Positions 24,499 through 32,000 of a DNA stretch of 32,000 nt are shown piece by piece. A model generated the notes under the pieces. It was not told the DNA's origin and searched no databases. It saw only the letters and a list, made by a program, of their open reading frames with translations. Position 1 is the stretch's first letter, and each line of letters begins with the position of its first letter. Both the position numbers and the translations under genes were made by a program. Origin of the DNA: a bacterium (GTDB lineage Bacteria > UBP7 > UBA6624 > JBBIMK01); assembly GCA_037444445.1 (NCBI GenBank), contig JBBIMK010000001.1, positions 90,001 to 122,000 of the forward strand, written 5' to 3'.

Positions 24499-25995
24499 TC
24501 AAGATGGCTTTGACACTTCAGAGAGCGCCTGGTCCAAAATAGTTATGAAATCGTTGAGGGGTAAATTACCTACTAAATAGGGGCCAATGAAGATGGAAGG
24601 GGTGCCTGCCAGATACCATTTTTCAGCCAGTTGGAGGTGGCGCTGAACCCGTTTCACCGGAGCGGCTTCCTCCAGGCAAGCGAGAAAGGCTTGAACCGAA
24701 AGGCCGGGCAAGCGTGACGCATACCGAATGAGGCTTTCCCGGCTCAGGTCATGTAGATTTTGAAACAGTAAATCGTGATAAGACCAGAAGACATTTTGCT
24801 GGTCGGCGCATTCTGAGGCTACCGCCGCAGGATAAGCATCCGGATGAATGTGGGTCAATGGGTAGTGAAGCACGACCCACTTCACCTTGTTTGTATTCAC
24901 ATATCGCTTTTTGATTTCAGGAAATTTTTCTTCATAAAAATTTTTGCAGGCAGGACACTGAAAATCCAGGAATTCATACACGGTCAGAGGGGCATTCGGG
25001 GAGCCCAGGATATGCTCTTCAGGAAAGCGGATGGGCTGTAAATATTTGCGAGCCATTCCTTGTGGATATTTAAAAAAATAATACCCGTCCATCGGCACGA
25101 GGACACCTTTCCATCGGGTGTAATGGGAAGAAGAAGTGATAGCCTGGTTGAACAGAATAGCCGGGAGAAATGGGATACCCAGGGTGGAAATCAGTTGCTG
25201 ACCCCGGGGACTATCTGCGGGGAGGCGATATATCCCCAGGGGAAACCCTTCGCTCTGCAGTCCATACAAAAAAGAGCGCTCGTCACAAAAGGTGCAAGAA
25301 GGGTCATATAAAACCGTAAGGACCAAATCATCCGGTGATGGAGCGTGTAAATAGAACTCCACATATTTCCGGTATTCTTCATACTCTTTCAAGCCAGCTA
25401 AAAGAGAGTCCTGAACGAATACGGAGGGCACCACCATAAGTCCTTTTTCAGTCGCAGCCTTCAGTGAAGTCGTGAGATATTCTTTGCCCTCACTCCCCTT
25501 CTGGCACTTTTGAAATTCCGAAAGATTCAAGGACAGTCGTTGGGCAATCTCTAAATGAATGCTTTCCGAAAGGTTTTCCATCCGATGTTCCAGATAATCC
25601 AGAATGTAGGCCTCCATCCTGTTTTGCTGACCTGCACAATACACGGAACGGGCGGCGATTTCTGAAAGTTTCTTTAATGACTCATCCCGCTGGGCCACCA
25701 ATGGATAAAAATGGAAAGTGATTTTTTCCCCGTATTCCTGTTTTAATCGGGTGTGGATATTCTGGTAATACCGCACGGAATATGACTCCATTAAATCCAG
25801 AAATTCCTCCACTCTGACCACACTAACTCGTGTATCCTGCAAGGTGAGAGGTGCAGATGGAATAGTTTTCTGCTGGTCCGTAGGGGCAGCGGATTTCCGT
25901 GAAGCGCAGGACAGTAACAGCAGGACCCCGCTCACTCCCATCCACATCCTGAACACTGTTAAATAACACGGAATGCAATTCATTTCTACATCCAT
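24499..25995 (-). CDS. DsbA/thioredoxin-fold lipoprotein with two CxxC motifs
   Basis: Lipoprotein-type signal MWMGVSGVLLLLSC. The first redox motif is CTFC (DPSCTFCDE). The second, canonical DsbA-like motif is FLDFQCPACKNF, followed by GTPSIFIG (cis-Pro loop region). The start is uncertain: ATG at 25995, 25983 or 25950. Confidence 0.8.
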   Translation of the reverse strand: MDVEMNCIPCYLTVFRMWMGVSGVLLLLSCASRKSAAPTDQQKTIPSAPLTLQDTRVSVVRVEEFLDLMESYSVRYYQNIHTRLKQEYGEKITFHFYPLVAQRDESLKKLSEIAARSVYCAGQQNRMEAYILDYLEHRMENLSESIHLEIAQRLSLNLSEFQKCQKGSEGKEYLTTSLKAATEKGLMVVPSVFVQDSLLAGLKEYEEYRKYVEFYLHAPSPDDLVLTVLYDPSCTFCDERSFLYGLQSEGFPLGIYRLPADSPRGQQLISTLGIPFLPAILFNQAITSSSHYTRWKGVLVPMDGYYFFKYPQGMARKYLQPIRFPEEHILGSPNAPLTVYEFLDFQCPACKNFYEEKFPEIKKRYVNTNKVKWVVLHYPLTHIHPDAYPAAVASECADQQNVFWSYHDLLFQNLHDLSRESLIRYASRLPGLSVQAFLACLEEAAPVKRVQRHLQLAEKWYLAGTPSIFIGPYLVGNLPLNDFITILDQALSEVSKPS

Positions 25996-26308
25996 TGTAG
26001 CAAATTTTACTCCGCATCCAGATATGCTGCGCTGCTTTTTTGTTTTCGCTGTGGCGTGGTTTAGATAAAAGGTTGTCAGTTTGACCGGAAGTCTTTGTCA
26101 CTGGATAACCGATCACAGCAAAATAATGGGTGCCATATCTATACTGTATGGATGTATCTTTAGAAATGGAAATCCTCCACACATCTTTTCTGGATTCTCC
26201 CACAGGTTCCCAAACCTGGATTTTCCCCGCAAGGAACCCCAGACACATCAAGTATAAAATGACCACCCTATTCCAGTGAAACCACAGTCCTTTCATTCTC
26301 TCTTTCAT
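25823..26308 (-). CDS. doubtful small signal-anchored ORF in the dsbA-like/hutI divergent gap
   Basis: The N-terminal hydrophobic segment (VVILYLMCLGFLAG) and about 70 plausible residues suggest a real small gene. No convincing SD is present. The frame runs 128-173 nt into the DsbA-like CDS before reaching a stop, and the overlapping tail looks non-protein-like. Confidence 0.25.
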   Translation of the reverse strand: MKERMKGLWFHWNRVVILYLMCLGFLAGKIQVWEPVGESRKDVWRISISKDTSIQYRYGTHYFAVIGYPVTKTSGQTDNLLSKPRHSENKKAAQHIWMRSKICYNGCRNELHSVLFNSVQDVDGSERGPAVTVLRFTEIRCPYGPAENYSICTSHLAGYTS

Positions 26309-26381
26309 TTTACCGAAAGAAGAAATGTAAAGCAAAAGAAAGAGGCTGTATGATATGATTCCGTAGTGAAAAGAGGCAAAG

Positions 26382-27656
26382 ATGATGAAGCACGAAGTAA
26401 TAAAGAACGGCAAAATACTCTTGCTCACAGGGGCGGAGCAGGTAATCACCATGCGTGGATTACGCCCCAAAAGAGGAAAAGAACAGAAAGAAATTGGAAT
26501 CCTGGACAACGCCTCCATAGCCATCCGGGATGGGAAGATTTTAGCCGTAGGATCCGATACCCAGGTCAAAAGGGCATTGCCTCACAGCCCTGATGAGGTC
26601 TGGAATGTGCGAGGAAAGGTGATTTGCCCGGGTTTCGTAGATGCCCACACTCACTTGATTTTCGCAGGCACTCGAGAGAAGGAATTTCACTTTCGGCGAG
26701 AAGGTGCAAAATATGAGGAAATTTTGAAGGGTGGAGGTGGAATTCATTCCACCGTTACAGCAACTCGGAAGGCTTCCACTGAAACCATAATTCAGCAGGC
26801 AATGCATTACCTTTCCATCATGTTAGAGCACGGGACCACCTCCGTGGAAATTAAAAGTGGATATGGGCTTTCATTAAACACGGAAATCCATTTACTACAA
26901 TGTATTCAGAAATTGAAAAAACAAGTTCCCCAGGAATTGATGACGACCTTTCTGGGAGCTCACACGATACCACAGGAATATCAAAATCGTCGGAAGGAAT
27001 ACATCCATCTGGTTATATATGAAATGCTACCTAAAATTCGTGAGCGAAACCTGGCCGATTTTGTGGATGTTTTCTGCGATAAGGGGGCGTTCACTCTGAA
27101 GGAGAGTCAAGAGATTTTGCGGGCAGCGAAAAAATTCGGATTTGGATTAAAGATACACGGGGAGGAAATCATCCATACGGGTGCAAGTGTTACGGCCGCC
27201 CGCCTGGGTGCCACATCCGTGGACCATCTGGTGCACCTGAAACCTGAAGAAATTCCCCGATTAGCAGAAACATCCACTGTGGCGGTTCTGCTTCCCTGCA
27301 CCGCTTTTTCCCTGATGAAAAACCTGTATCCTCCTGCACGGCAACTGATTGAAGGGAATGTGCCTGTAGCCATAGCGACAGATTTCAATCCCGGCACCTC
27401 TTTCTGTCCATCCATGCAGATGGCCATTCTACTCTCCATCGTAGAGATGAAAATGACGCCGGAGGAGGCTCTATGCGCCGCGACGGTGAATGCCGCCTGC
27501 GCCGCCGGCTTTTTACATGCCGGCTCCATTCTACAGAGTCAAAAAGCCAACCTGCTCGTCTTGAAGATTCCGAATATTCAATTCCTTGGCTACTATCAGG
27601 GTATAAACCTGGTGGAGCAGGTCATTCTGGGCAATGAAATCTGGACGAACCCTTGA
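26382..27656 (+). CDS. hutI: imidazolonepropionase-type amidohydrolase
   Basis: PGFVDAHTHLIFAG, VDVFCDKGAFT, KIHGEE and ATDFNPGTS match HutI signature blocks. SD AAGAGG lies 5 nt upstream of the ATG. Confidence 0.85.
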   Translation: MMKHEVIKNGKILLLTGAEQVITMRGLRPKRGKEQKEIGILDNASIAIRDGKILAVGSDTQVKRALPHSPDEVWNVRGKVICPGFVDAHTHLIFAGTREKEFHFRREGAKYEEILKGGGGIHSTVTATRKASTETIIQQAMHYLSIMLEHGTTSVEIKSGYGLSLNTEIHLLQCIQKLKKQVPQELMTTFLGAHTIPQEYQNRRKEYIHLVIYEMLPKIRERNLADFVDVFCDKGAFTLKESQEILRAAKKFGFGLKIHGEEIIHTGASVTAARLGATSVDHLVHLKPEEIPRLAETSTVAVLLPCTAFSLMKNLYPPARQLIEGNVPVAIATDFNPGTSFCPSMQMAILLSIVEMKMTPEEALCAATVNAACAAGFLHAGSILQSQKANLLVLKIPNIQFLGYYQGINLVEQVILGNEIWTNP

Positions 27657-27690
27657 TGTTTCATCTCCATATTTTTTAGAAAAGCGGGGC

Positions 27691-28887
27691 TTACTTGCGT
27701 TGGAAGTAAGAAGAAAGAAGACGAGCAATTTCAGGGCGCAGGACTTCTTCCGGGATAGGGGTGTGGGATAGGAGAGATTTACGAACATCCGTCATACTGA
27801 TATAGACCCGATTTACCTGTGAGTGTGGGCAACTCTCTTCCGTGGTCATATCCCCGCAAGCACGGCAGTAGAAGGCCTCCCGAACTTTTTGAATCACAAT
27901 CCCCAGAGAATTGATGGAATCAAAGATTTGCTGGGCAGAGTAAGGTGGATAAAAGGAACCCGTGCCAGCATGGTCTCTGCCCACGATGAAATGAGTGCAA
28001 CCATAATTTTTACGGATGATGGCGTGAAAAATTGCCTCCTTCGGTCCTGCATACCTCATCCAGGTGGAAAAGCCAGAGAGAAGAACACGCTCCTCCGGGA
28101 AGTAAGTGCTCAGCAGAACTTCATAACAACGGAGGATGAGATGGGTAGGAAAATCGCCAGCCTTTTTACTGCCGGTGATGGGATGAATGAGAAGACCATC
28201 TACCGTTTGTAGAGCCAGTTTTTGCAGGTGTTCGTGAGCACGGTGGGGCGGATTACGAGTCTGAAAGGCTGATACGGTTCGCCATCCTTTCTCCCAAAAA
28301 TATCTTCTCATCTCCAACGGAGTTTTCTCGGTAAACTGCAAGGAGCGAGGAAGTGGCGAAAGAAGGTAAACGGAACCGGCCAGGGCATAACTCCCCCAGC
28401 GGGAAACTTTCCGAACTCCGGGATGCTCCAGGCTACGGGTGCCGAACATCCCCTGGATGACCTTTTCTTTATCCCAGTTGAAAATTTCTTGAATCTGTAA
28501 AACCGCCACAGATTTTCCGTTTTTCTGGCACAAGAGAATTTTCTGGCCCTTTTCCAGCTTCTTAGCCACTTTCCGATGAACAGGGAGAAAAATGGGCAAA
28601 CTCCAGATGAGTCCCGAGGGAAGCGAGAGGGTGTTCAAAACGGATTCCATTTCTTCCTTCCCCATGAAGCCGGTGAGAGGACTGTAAGCACCGATGGCTA
28701 TTTTCTCTGCGTCCAGAAGAAAATCCCTGGAGCAGGAGAGACAGAAATAATCCTGGAAACGAGAGAGGACCTTCTCCTTTTCATCCTGTGGTATTATCTG
28801 TTGAATTAGAGTGCCACCGTGGGGAGAGACGGAAAATTTTTCGGGTGATTTCAGTGAAACTTCTAATTTCTGTTCTGGAGCAGACAT
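27691..28887 (-). CDS. sat: sulfate adenylyltransferase (ATP sulfurylase)
   Basis: QTRNPPHRAHEHL and HFIVGRDHAG motifs. The N-terminal PHGG motif follows the ATG at 28887, which lies 4 nt after the cysC stop. The longer ORF to 28950 overlaps cysC and was rejected. Confidence 0.9.
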   Translation of the reverse strand: MSAPEQKLEVSLKSPEKFSVSPHGGTLIQQIIPQDEKEKVLSRFQDYFCLSCSRDFLLDAEKIAIGAYSPLTGFMGKEEMESVLNTLSLPSGLIWSLPIFLPVHRKVAKKLEKGQKILLCQKNGKSVAVLQIQEIFNWDKEKVIQGMFGTRSLEHPGVRKVSRWGSYALAGSVYLLSPLPRSLQFTEKTPLEMRRYFWEKGWRTVSAFQTRNPPHRAHEHLQKLALQTVDGLLIHPITGSKKAGDFPTHLILRCYEVLLSTYFPEERVLLSGFSTWMRYAGPKEAIFHAIIRKNYGCTHFIVGRDHAGTGSFYPPYSAQQIFDSINSLGIVIQKVREAFYCRACGDMTTEESCPHSQVNRVYISMTDVRKSLLSHTPIPEEVLRPEIARLLSSYFQRK

Positions 28888-28891
28888 AGGG

Positions 28892-29422
28892 CTAAAAATT
28901 GACCCAATGGGTAGAGCGAAGGTAGTGGAGAATTTTTTGGAAACTTTCATCCGGAGTTTCTTGTGCAGTGTTTAGGACAAGTTCTGGCTGGCTGGGAGGT
29001 TCGTAGGGGTCAGACACTCCGGTGAAATGACTGATTTCTCCGCGCCAGGCTTTTTCATACATTCCCGTGGGGTCCCGGGAAGCGCAGACCTCCGGAGGGC
29101 AATCCAGATAGACCTCTACAAAATGGTGGATGAGTTTTCTCGCCTCCTGTCTTGCTTCACGGTAAGGTGAAATCACCGCCACGATTGCAATGACTCCCTG
29201 CTCGTTGAAGAGTTTAGCAAGACGGCTAAACCGGCGAATGTTCTCATCTCGGTCCGCTTTAGAGAATCCCAGTTCAGGCCAGAAGGTTTTACGGATTTCA
29301 TCCCCATCCAGGAGAGTGGCAGGTACGCCATGCTGATTCAGGGCTTCACGCAACCTCAGCGCGAGGGTGGATTTCCCCGAGCGGGGAATGCCCGTGAACC
29401 AGGCAGTGAAAGCAGGTTTCAC
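28892..29422 (-). CDS. cysC: adenylyl-sulfate (APS) kinase
   Basis: P-loop FTGIPRSGKSTLA, then LDGDEIR and a typical CysC length of about 176 aa. The GTG at 29422-29420 overlaps the upstream TGA (GTGA). The 213-aa ORF extension has a low-complexity N-terminus overlapping the upstream gene. Confidence 0.9.
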   Translation of the reverse strand: MKPAFTAWFTGIPRSGKSTLALRLREALNQHGVPATLLDGDEIRKTFWPELGFSKADRDENIRRFSRLAKLFNEQGVIAIVAVISPYREARQEARKLIHHFVEVYLDCPPEVCASRDPTGMYEKAWRGEISHFTGVSDPYEPPSQPELVLNTAQETPDESFQKILHYLRSTHWVNF

Positions 29423-30792
29423 AGTGGAATCGCTCCGGGAAATGGAACTGTTAGAAGAGGAGCGATGAATCCTGCCACCTCGGTGATGGAAAGGCAAGGA
29501 GAAGCGAGGGTGGGAGAAATCCCTCTCCCCCATGCAATAAAAACTCCCTCCATCGCGTGGTTGGCATCATCCGGTCCTGTGTCATTCTCCGGCGTCCAGA
29601 GGGTAGAATAGCCGATGCTTCCGATGCTCCGCCAGTATAAATCACCGGGTAACAGAATCAAATCGGGTGGAATCCCATTCACGACAGGGTAAATTTCATG
29701 AGGGAGAAAAGCCTGATTTCTCAAAAGACGACCCCGGTCATCCACCTCCGATTCCAGTTTTTGCTTGATTTCCCTGCACAGGGATTCATACTCGTGGGGT
29801 TTCACGACTCCCTGGGGTTCCCTGGACTGAAGGTTAATATAGAGGCGAGCATAATAGCCACCCTCCCCCCACGCACAAGTATGAGCCCAATCTACGAGTG
29901 AGGCTGAAAAACGGGTAACTTCCTTCGGTTCTCGTTTCAGCCGCAGGTATCCTTCCTTTATCAGCCATTCGTTGATGCAGAAGCCACCGTCCAGCCTCTT
30001 GGCTCCGTGGTCGGAAACAATGAGAACGGTGGTGCCTTCATCCAGAAGGGCAAGAATCTCACCCACCTTTTCATCCAGAAAGGCGTAATAATCAGGAATG
30101 GCATTTTGGAAAGGATTGCCTGGCTGAAATTTCGGGTGGGTTTCATCAAAAAACTTCCAGAAGCCGTGGTGGATCCGGTCTGTGCCCATCTCAACGAAAA
30201 CTGCCAGGTCCCACTCTTTTTCCATAAGCAGATATTTCAACACCTGAAAGTGGATCTCGGTTATATCGTAAATCTGCTGGAGGAGTTGTGATTTATTTTC
30301 CGTACGAAAATCCCTCACATCAGTGGGATAGGGGCGAGCAAAACGGGATTCAATTTCCTCTTTTAACTCGGGTGGATAGGTGTATGAGAATGGATTATCG
30401 GGCGTAAGAAAACAGGAAATTAAGTTTCCACGAACCATGGGAGGAGGGTAAGATGGAGGAACTCCTATGAGAAGGGAGGATTTCCCTGCGTCCGACAGGG
30501 CATTCCAGAGAGTTTTCGCCCGTAAAGAATGAGAGGTGGCAAATTGGAGTGCCTCATAAGAGTAATCCTTGCGGTTGCGAATTCCGTAGATGCCCAGATG
30601 CCCGGGAGTCAAGCCCGTGAACATACACGCCCATGCGGGAATCGTGATGGGCGGGATAATACTTTGTAAGGGGCTGTAAATCCCGCCCTCCATCAGGTGG
30701 CGAAAGTTCTTCAGCCGGCTGGCATGTCTGGGAGAGAAAACGATTTCAGGTGGAGCGGAATCCAGCCCGACAACGAGCACACGATTTCTCAT
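29419..30792 (-). CDS. alkaline-phosphatase-superfamily enzyme, nucleotide pyrophosphatase/phosphodiesterase (NPP, PF01663-like) type
   Basis: N-terminal metal-ligand Asp (VVGLDS), nucleophile block PPITIPAWACMFTGLTPGHLGI, GTDRIHHG and VSDHG. No signal peptide. The ATG at 30792 is 7 nt after the metK stop. Confidence 0.8.
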   Translation of the reverse strand: MRNRVLVVGLDSAPPEIVFSPRHASRLKNFRHLMEGGIYSPLQSIIPPITIPAWACMFTGLTPGHLGIYGIRNRKDYSYEALQFATSHSLRAKTLWNALSDAGKSSLLIGVPPSYPPPMVRGNLISCFLTPDNPFSYTYPPELKEEIESRFARPYPTDVRDFRTENKSQLLQQIYDITEIHFQVLKYLLMEKEWDLAVFVEMGTDRIHHGFWKFFDETHPKFQPGNPFQNAIPDYYAFLDEKVGEILALLDEGTTVLIVSDHGAKRLDGGFCINEWLIKEGYLRLKREPKEVTRFSASLVDWAHTCAWGEGGYYARLYINLQSREPQGVVKPHEYESLCREIKQKLESEVDDRGRLLRNQAFLPHEIYPVVNGIPPDLILLPGDLYWRSIGSIGYSTLWTPENDTGPDDANHAMEGVFIAWGRGISPTLASPCLSITEVAGFIAPLLTVPFPGAIPL

Positions 30793-30799
30793 GCAGAAA

Positions 30800-32000
30800 T
30801 TACAGAGGGCAATCCTCCAATAATTCTTCGGCTTTATCCGTAGATTCCCACGGGAGGTCTAAATCATCTCGCCCGAAATGGCCATAAGCCGAGAGGGGGG
30901 TATAAATGGGCTGACGGAGATTTAACTCCCGGATAATGGCTCCAGGACGAGGGTCAAAGTGATCGTTCACCAGTTTTTGAATTCGTTCCATAGGTAAGCG
31001 ATGAGTTCCAAAGGCTTCTATGTGAATGGAAGTCGGTTTTGCGACACCAATGGCATAGGAAATCTGAACCTCACATTCCTGGCAGTAACCCGCTGACACG
31101 AGATTCTTGGCTATATAGCGAGCGTAATAACTTGCTGAGCGGTCCACTTTCGTTGGGTCTTTCCCCGAGAACGAGCCCCCCCCGTGGCGGCAGTATCCAC
31201 CGTAGGTGTCCACGATAATTTTTCGCCCGGATAGCCCGGTGTCCGCACTGGGGCCCCCCTGAACGAATCGGCCAGTAGGGTTCACTAAAAATTGGGTATG
31301 GGAGTGTAGCATTTCTGCAGGTATAGTTTTTCGCACCACCTCTTCCAGGATGCCTTCCTTCAATTTCGTAGGGCTCACCTCAGGGGAATGTTGAGCCGAG
31401 ATGAGAACATGCTCCACACTGACGGGTTTTCCGTGCTCATACCGCACGGTAACCTGAGTTTTTCCATCCGGTCGTAAAAAGTCCAGGATTTTTTCTTTGC
31501 GTACAAAAGCCAGGCGTCGAGCCAGTTTGTGTGCCAGATATATGGGCATGGGCATCAGCATTTCCGTCTCCAGGCAGGCATAACCGAACATAATACCCTG
31601 GTCGCCTGCTCCCAGCGCCAGCAAGTCGTTAGTTAATTCTTCAGGATGGGTGCGCGCCTCCAGAGATTTATCCACTCCTCTCGCTATATCTCTGGACTGT
31701 TCTTCAATAGAAACCATCACACCGACATTATCTCCATCAAACCCATACTTTGCTCGGGTATACCCCACCGAGTTGATGGTTCTACGCGTGATGCCCGGGA
31801 TGTCCACATAAGTTTTTGTGGTGATCTGGCCTGCCACAATCACCAGGCCGGTAGAAACCAGCACTTCCACGGCAACACGAGCCGGCGGGTCATCCATCAA
31901 AATAGTATCCAGAATCGTGTCAGCAATTCGGTCTGCCAGTTTATCCGGATGCCCCTCCGTGACAGATTCAGAAGTAAAGAGATAGGATGCCTGAGGGCTT
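30800..32000 (-). CDS. metK: S-adenosylmethionine synthetase (5' end just outside the window)
   Basis: The frame is open to the window edge and reads ...[26 protein letters not shown]... upstream of the ORF-track start. [12 protein letters not shown], the [10 protein letters not shown]-loop and [10 protein letters not shown] are present. Only a few N-terminal codons should be missing. Confidence 0.95.
   Translation of the reverse strand, partial: SPQASYLFTSESVTEGHPDKLADRIADTILDTILMDDPPARVAVEVLVSTGLVIVAGQITTKTYVDIPGITRRTINSVGYTRAKYGFDGDNVGVMVSIEEQSRDIARGVDKSLEARTHPEELTNDLLALGAGDQGIMFGYACLETEMLMPMPIYLAHKLARRLAFVRKEKILDFLRPDGKTQVTVRYEHGKPVSVEHVLISAQHSPEVSPTKLKEGILEEVVRKTIPAEMLHSHTQFLVNPTGRFVQGGPSADTGLSGRKIIVDTYGGYCRHGGGSFSGKDPTKVDRSASYYARYIAKNLVSAGYCQECEVQISYAIGVAKPTSIHIEAFGTHRLPMERIQKLVNDHFDPRPGAIIRELNLRQPIYTPLSAYGHFGRDDLDLPWESTDKAEELLEDCPL

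Noticed and set aside
27690-27710. 7-bp hairpin (CTTACTT / AAGTAAG) at the hutI/sat convergent junction
   Set aside because: It lies mostly inside the sat coding 3' end and lacks a flanking T-tract on either strand.
29423-29533. Extension of cysC (213-aa ORF). The same logic applies to the sat extension at 28888-28950 and the small-ORF extension at 23390-23491.
   Set aside because: The extensions overlap upstream genes by 60-110 nt and encode low-complexity or non-conserved residues. The shorter starts give 1-4-nt junctions typical of coupled genes.
1-32000. Search for CRISPR repeats, tRNA/rRNA genes, IS elements, integrases, toxin-antitoxin pairs or known defence genes
   Set aside because: I saw no direct-repeat arrays, cloverleaf-like intergenic sequences, transposase or recombinase motifs, or nuclease/helicase-type ORFs. 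Intergenic space is too small to hide them, except 25996-26381, which is discussed separately.

Overview
The window is densely coded, with about 30 protein-coding genes and no long non-coding stretch except 25996-26381. It looks like the chromosomal backbone of an uncultured diderm bacterium: lpxK is present and there is a possible LptC-like gene. I cannot assign a taxon from sequence alone. I found no rRNA, tRNA, CRISPR array, transposase, integrase or terminal inverted repeats by eye.

Gene blocks, in order:
1. 677-5991 (+): a translationally coupled GldA/GldF/GldG-like ABC-2 exporter, a DUF4340 protein and a YdjC/ChbG-like deacetylase.
2. 6018-8442 (-): ychF, a PflX-like radical-SAM homologue and cutA.
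3. 8601-12825: lpxK, whose 3' end overlaps a convergent M48 metalloprotease, then two tandem paralogous secreted proteins.
4. 12947-14785 (-): an OPT-family transporter.
5. 14921-21687 (-): a six-gene string of DUF1844, APC permease, membrane-anchored USP, TrkA-like RCK protein, K+-independent-type H+-pyrophosphatase and an aldo/keto reductase. A near-consensus sigma70-like promoter sits upstream.
6. 21853-24341 (-): prs followed by two orphan proteins.
7. 24499-25995 (-): a multi-thioredoxin-fold DsbA-like lipoprotein.
8. 26382-27656 (+): a solitary hutI.
9. 27691-32000 (-): metK (5' end outside the window), an NPP/alkaline-phosphatase-superfamily enzyme, cysC and sat, all tightly coupled.

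I see no recognisable defence or mobile system. The best candidates for undescribed biology are:
- the AP-superfamily gene embedded in the SAM/PAPS donor operon;
- the APC-USP-RCK-PPase cluster, which has no canonical TrkH/KtrB partner;
- the radical-SAM homologue with a broken CX3CX2C motif;
- the two prs-linked orphan proteins;
- the tandem secreted paralogues next to the M48 protease.

All functional calls come from motif recognition in the supplied translations. No database search was run.
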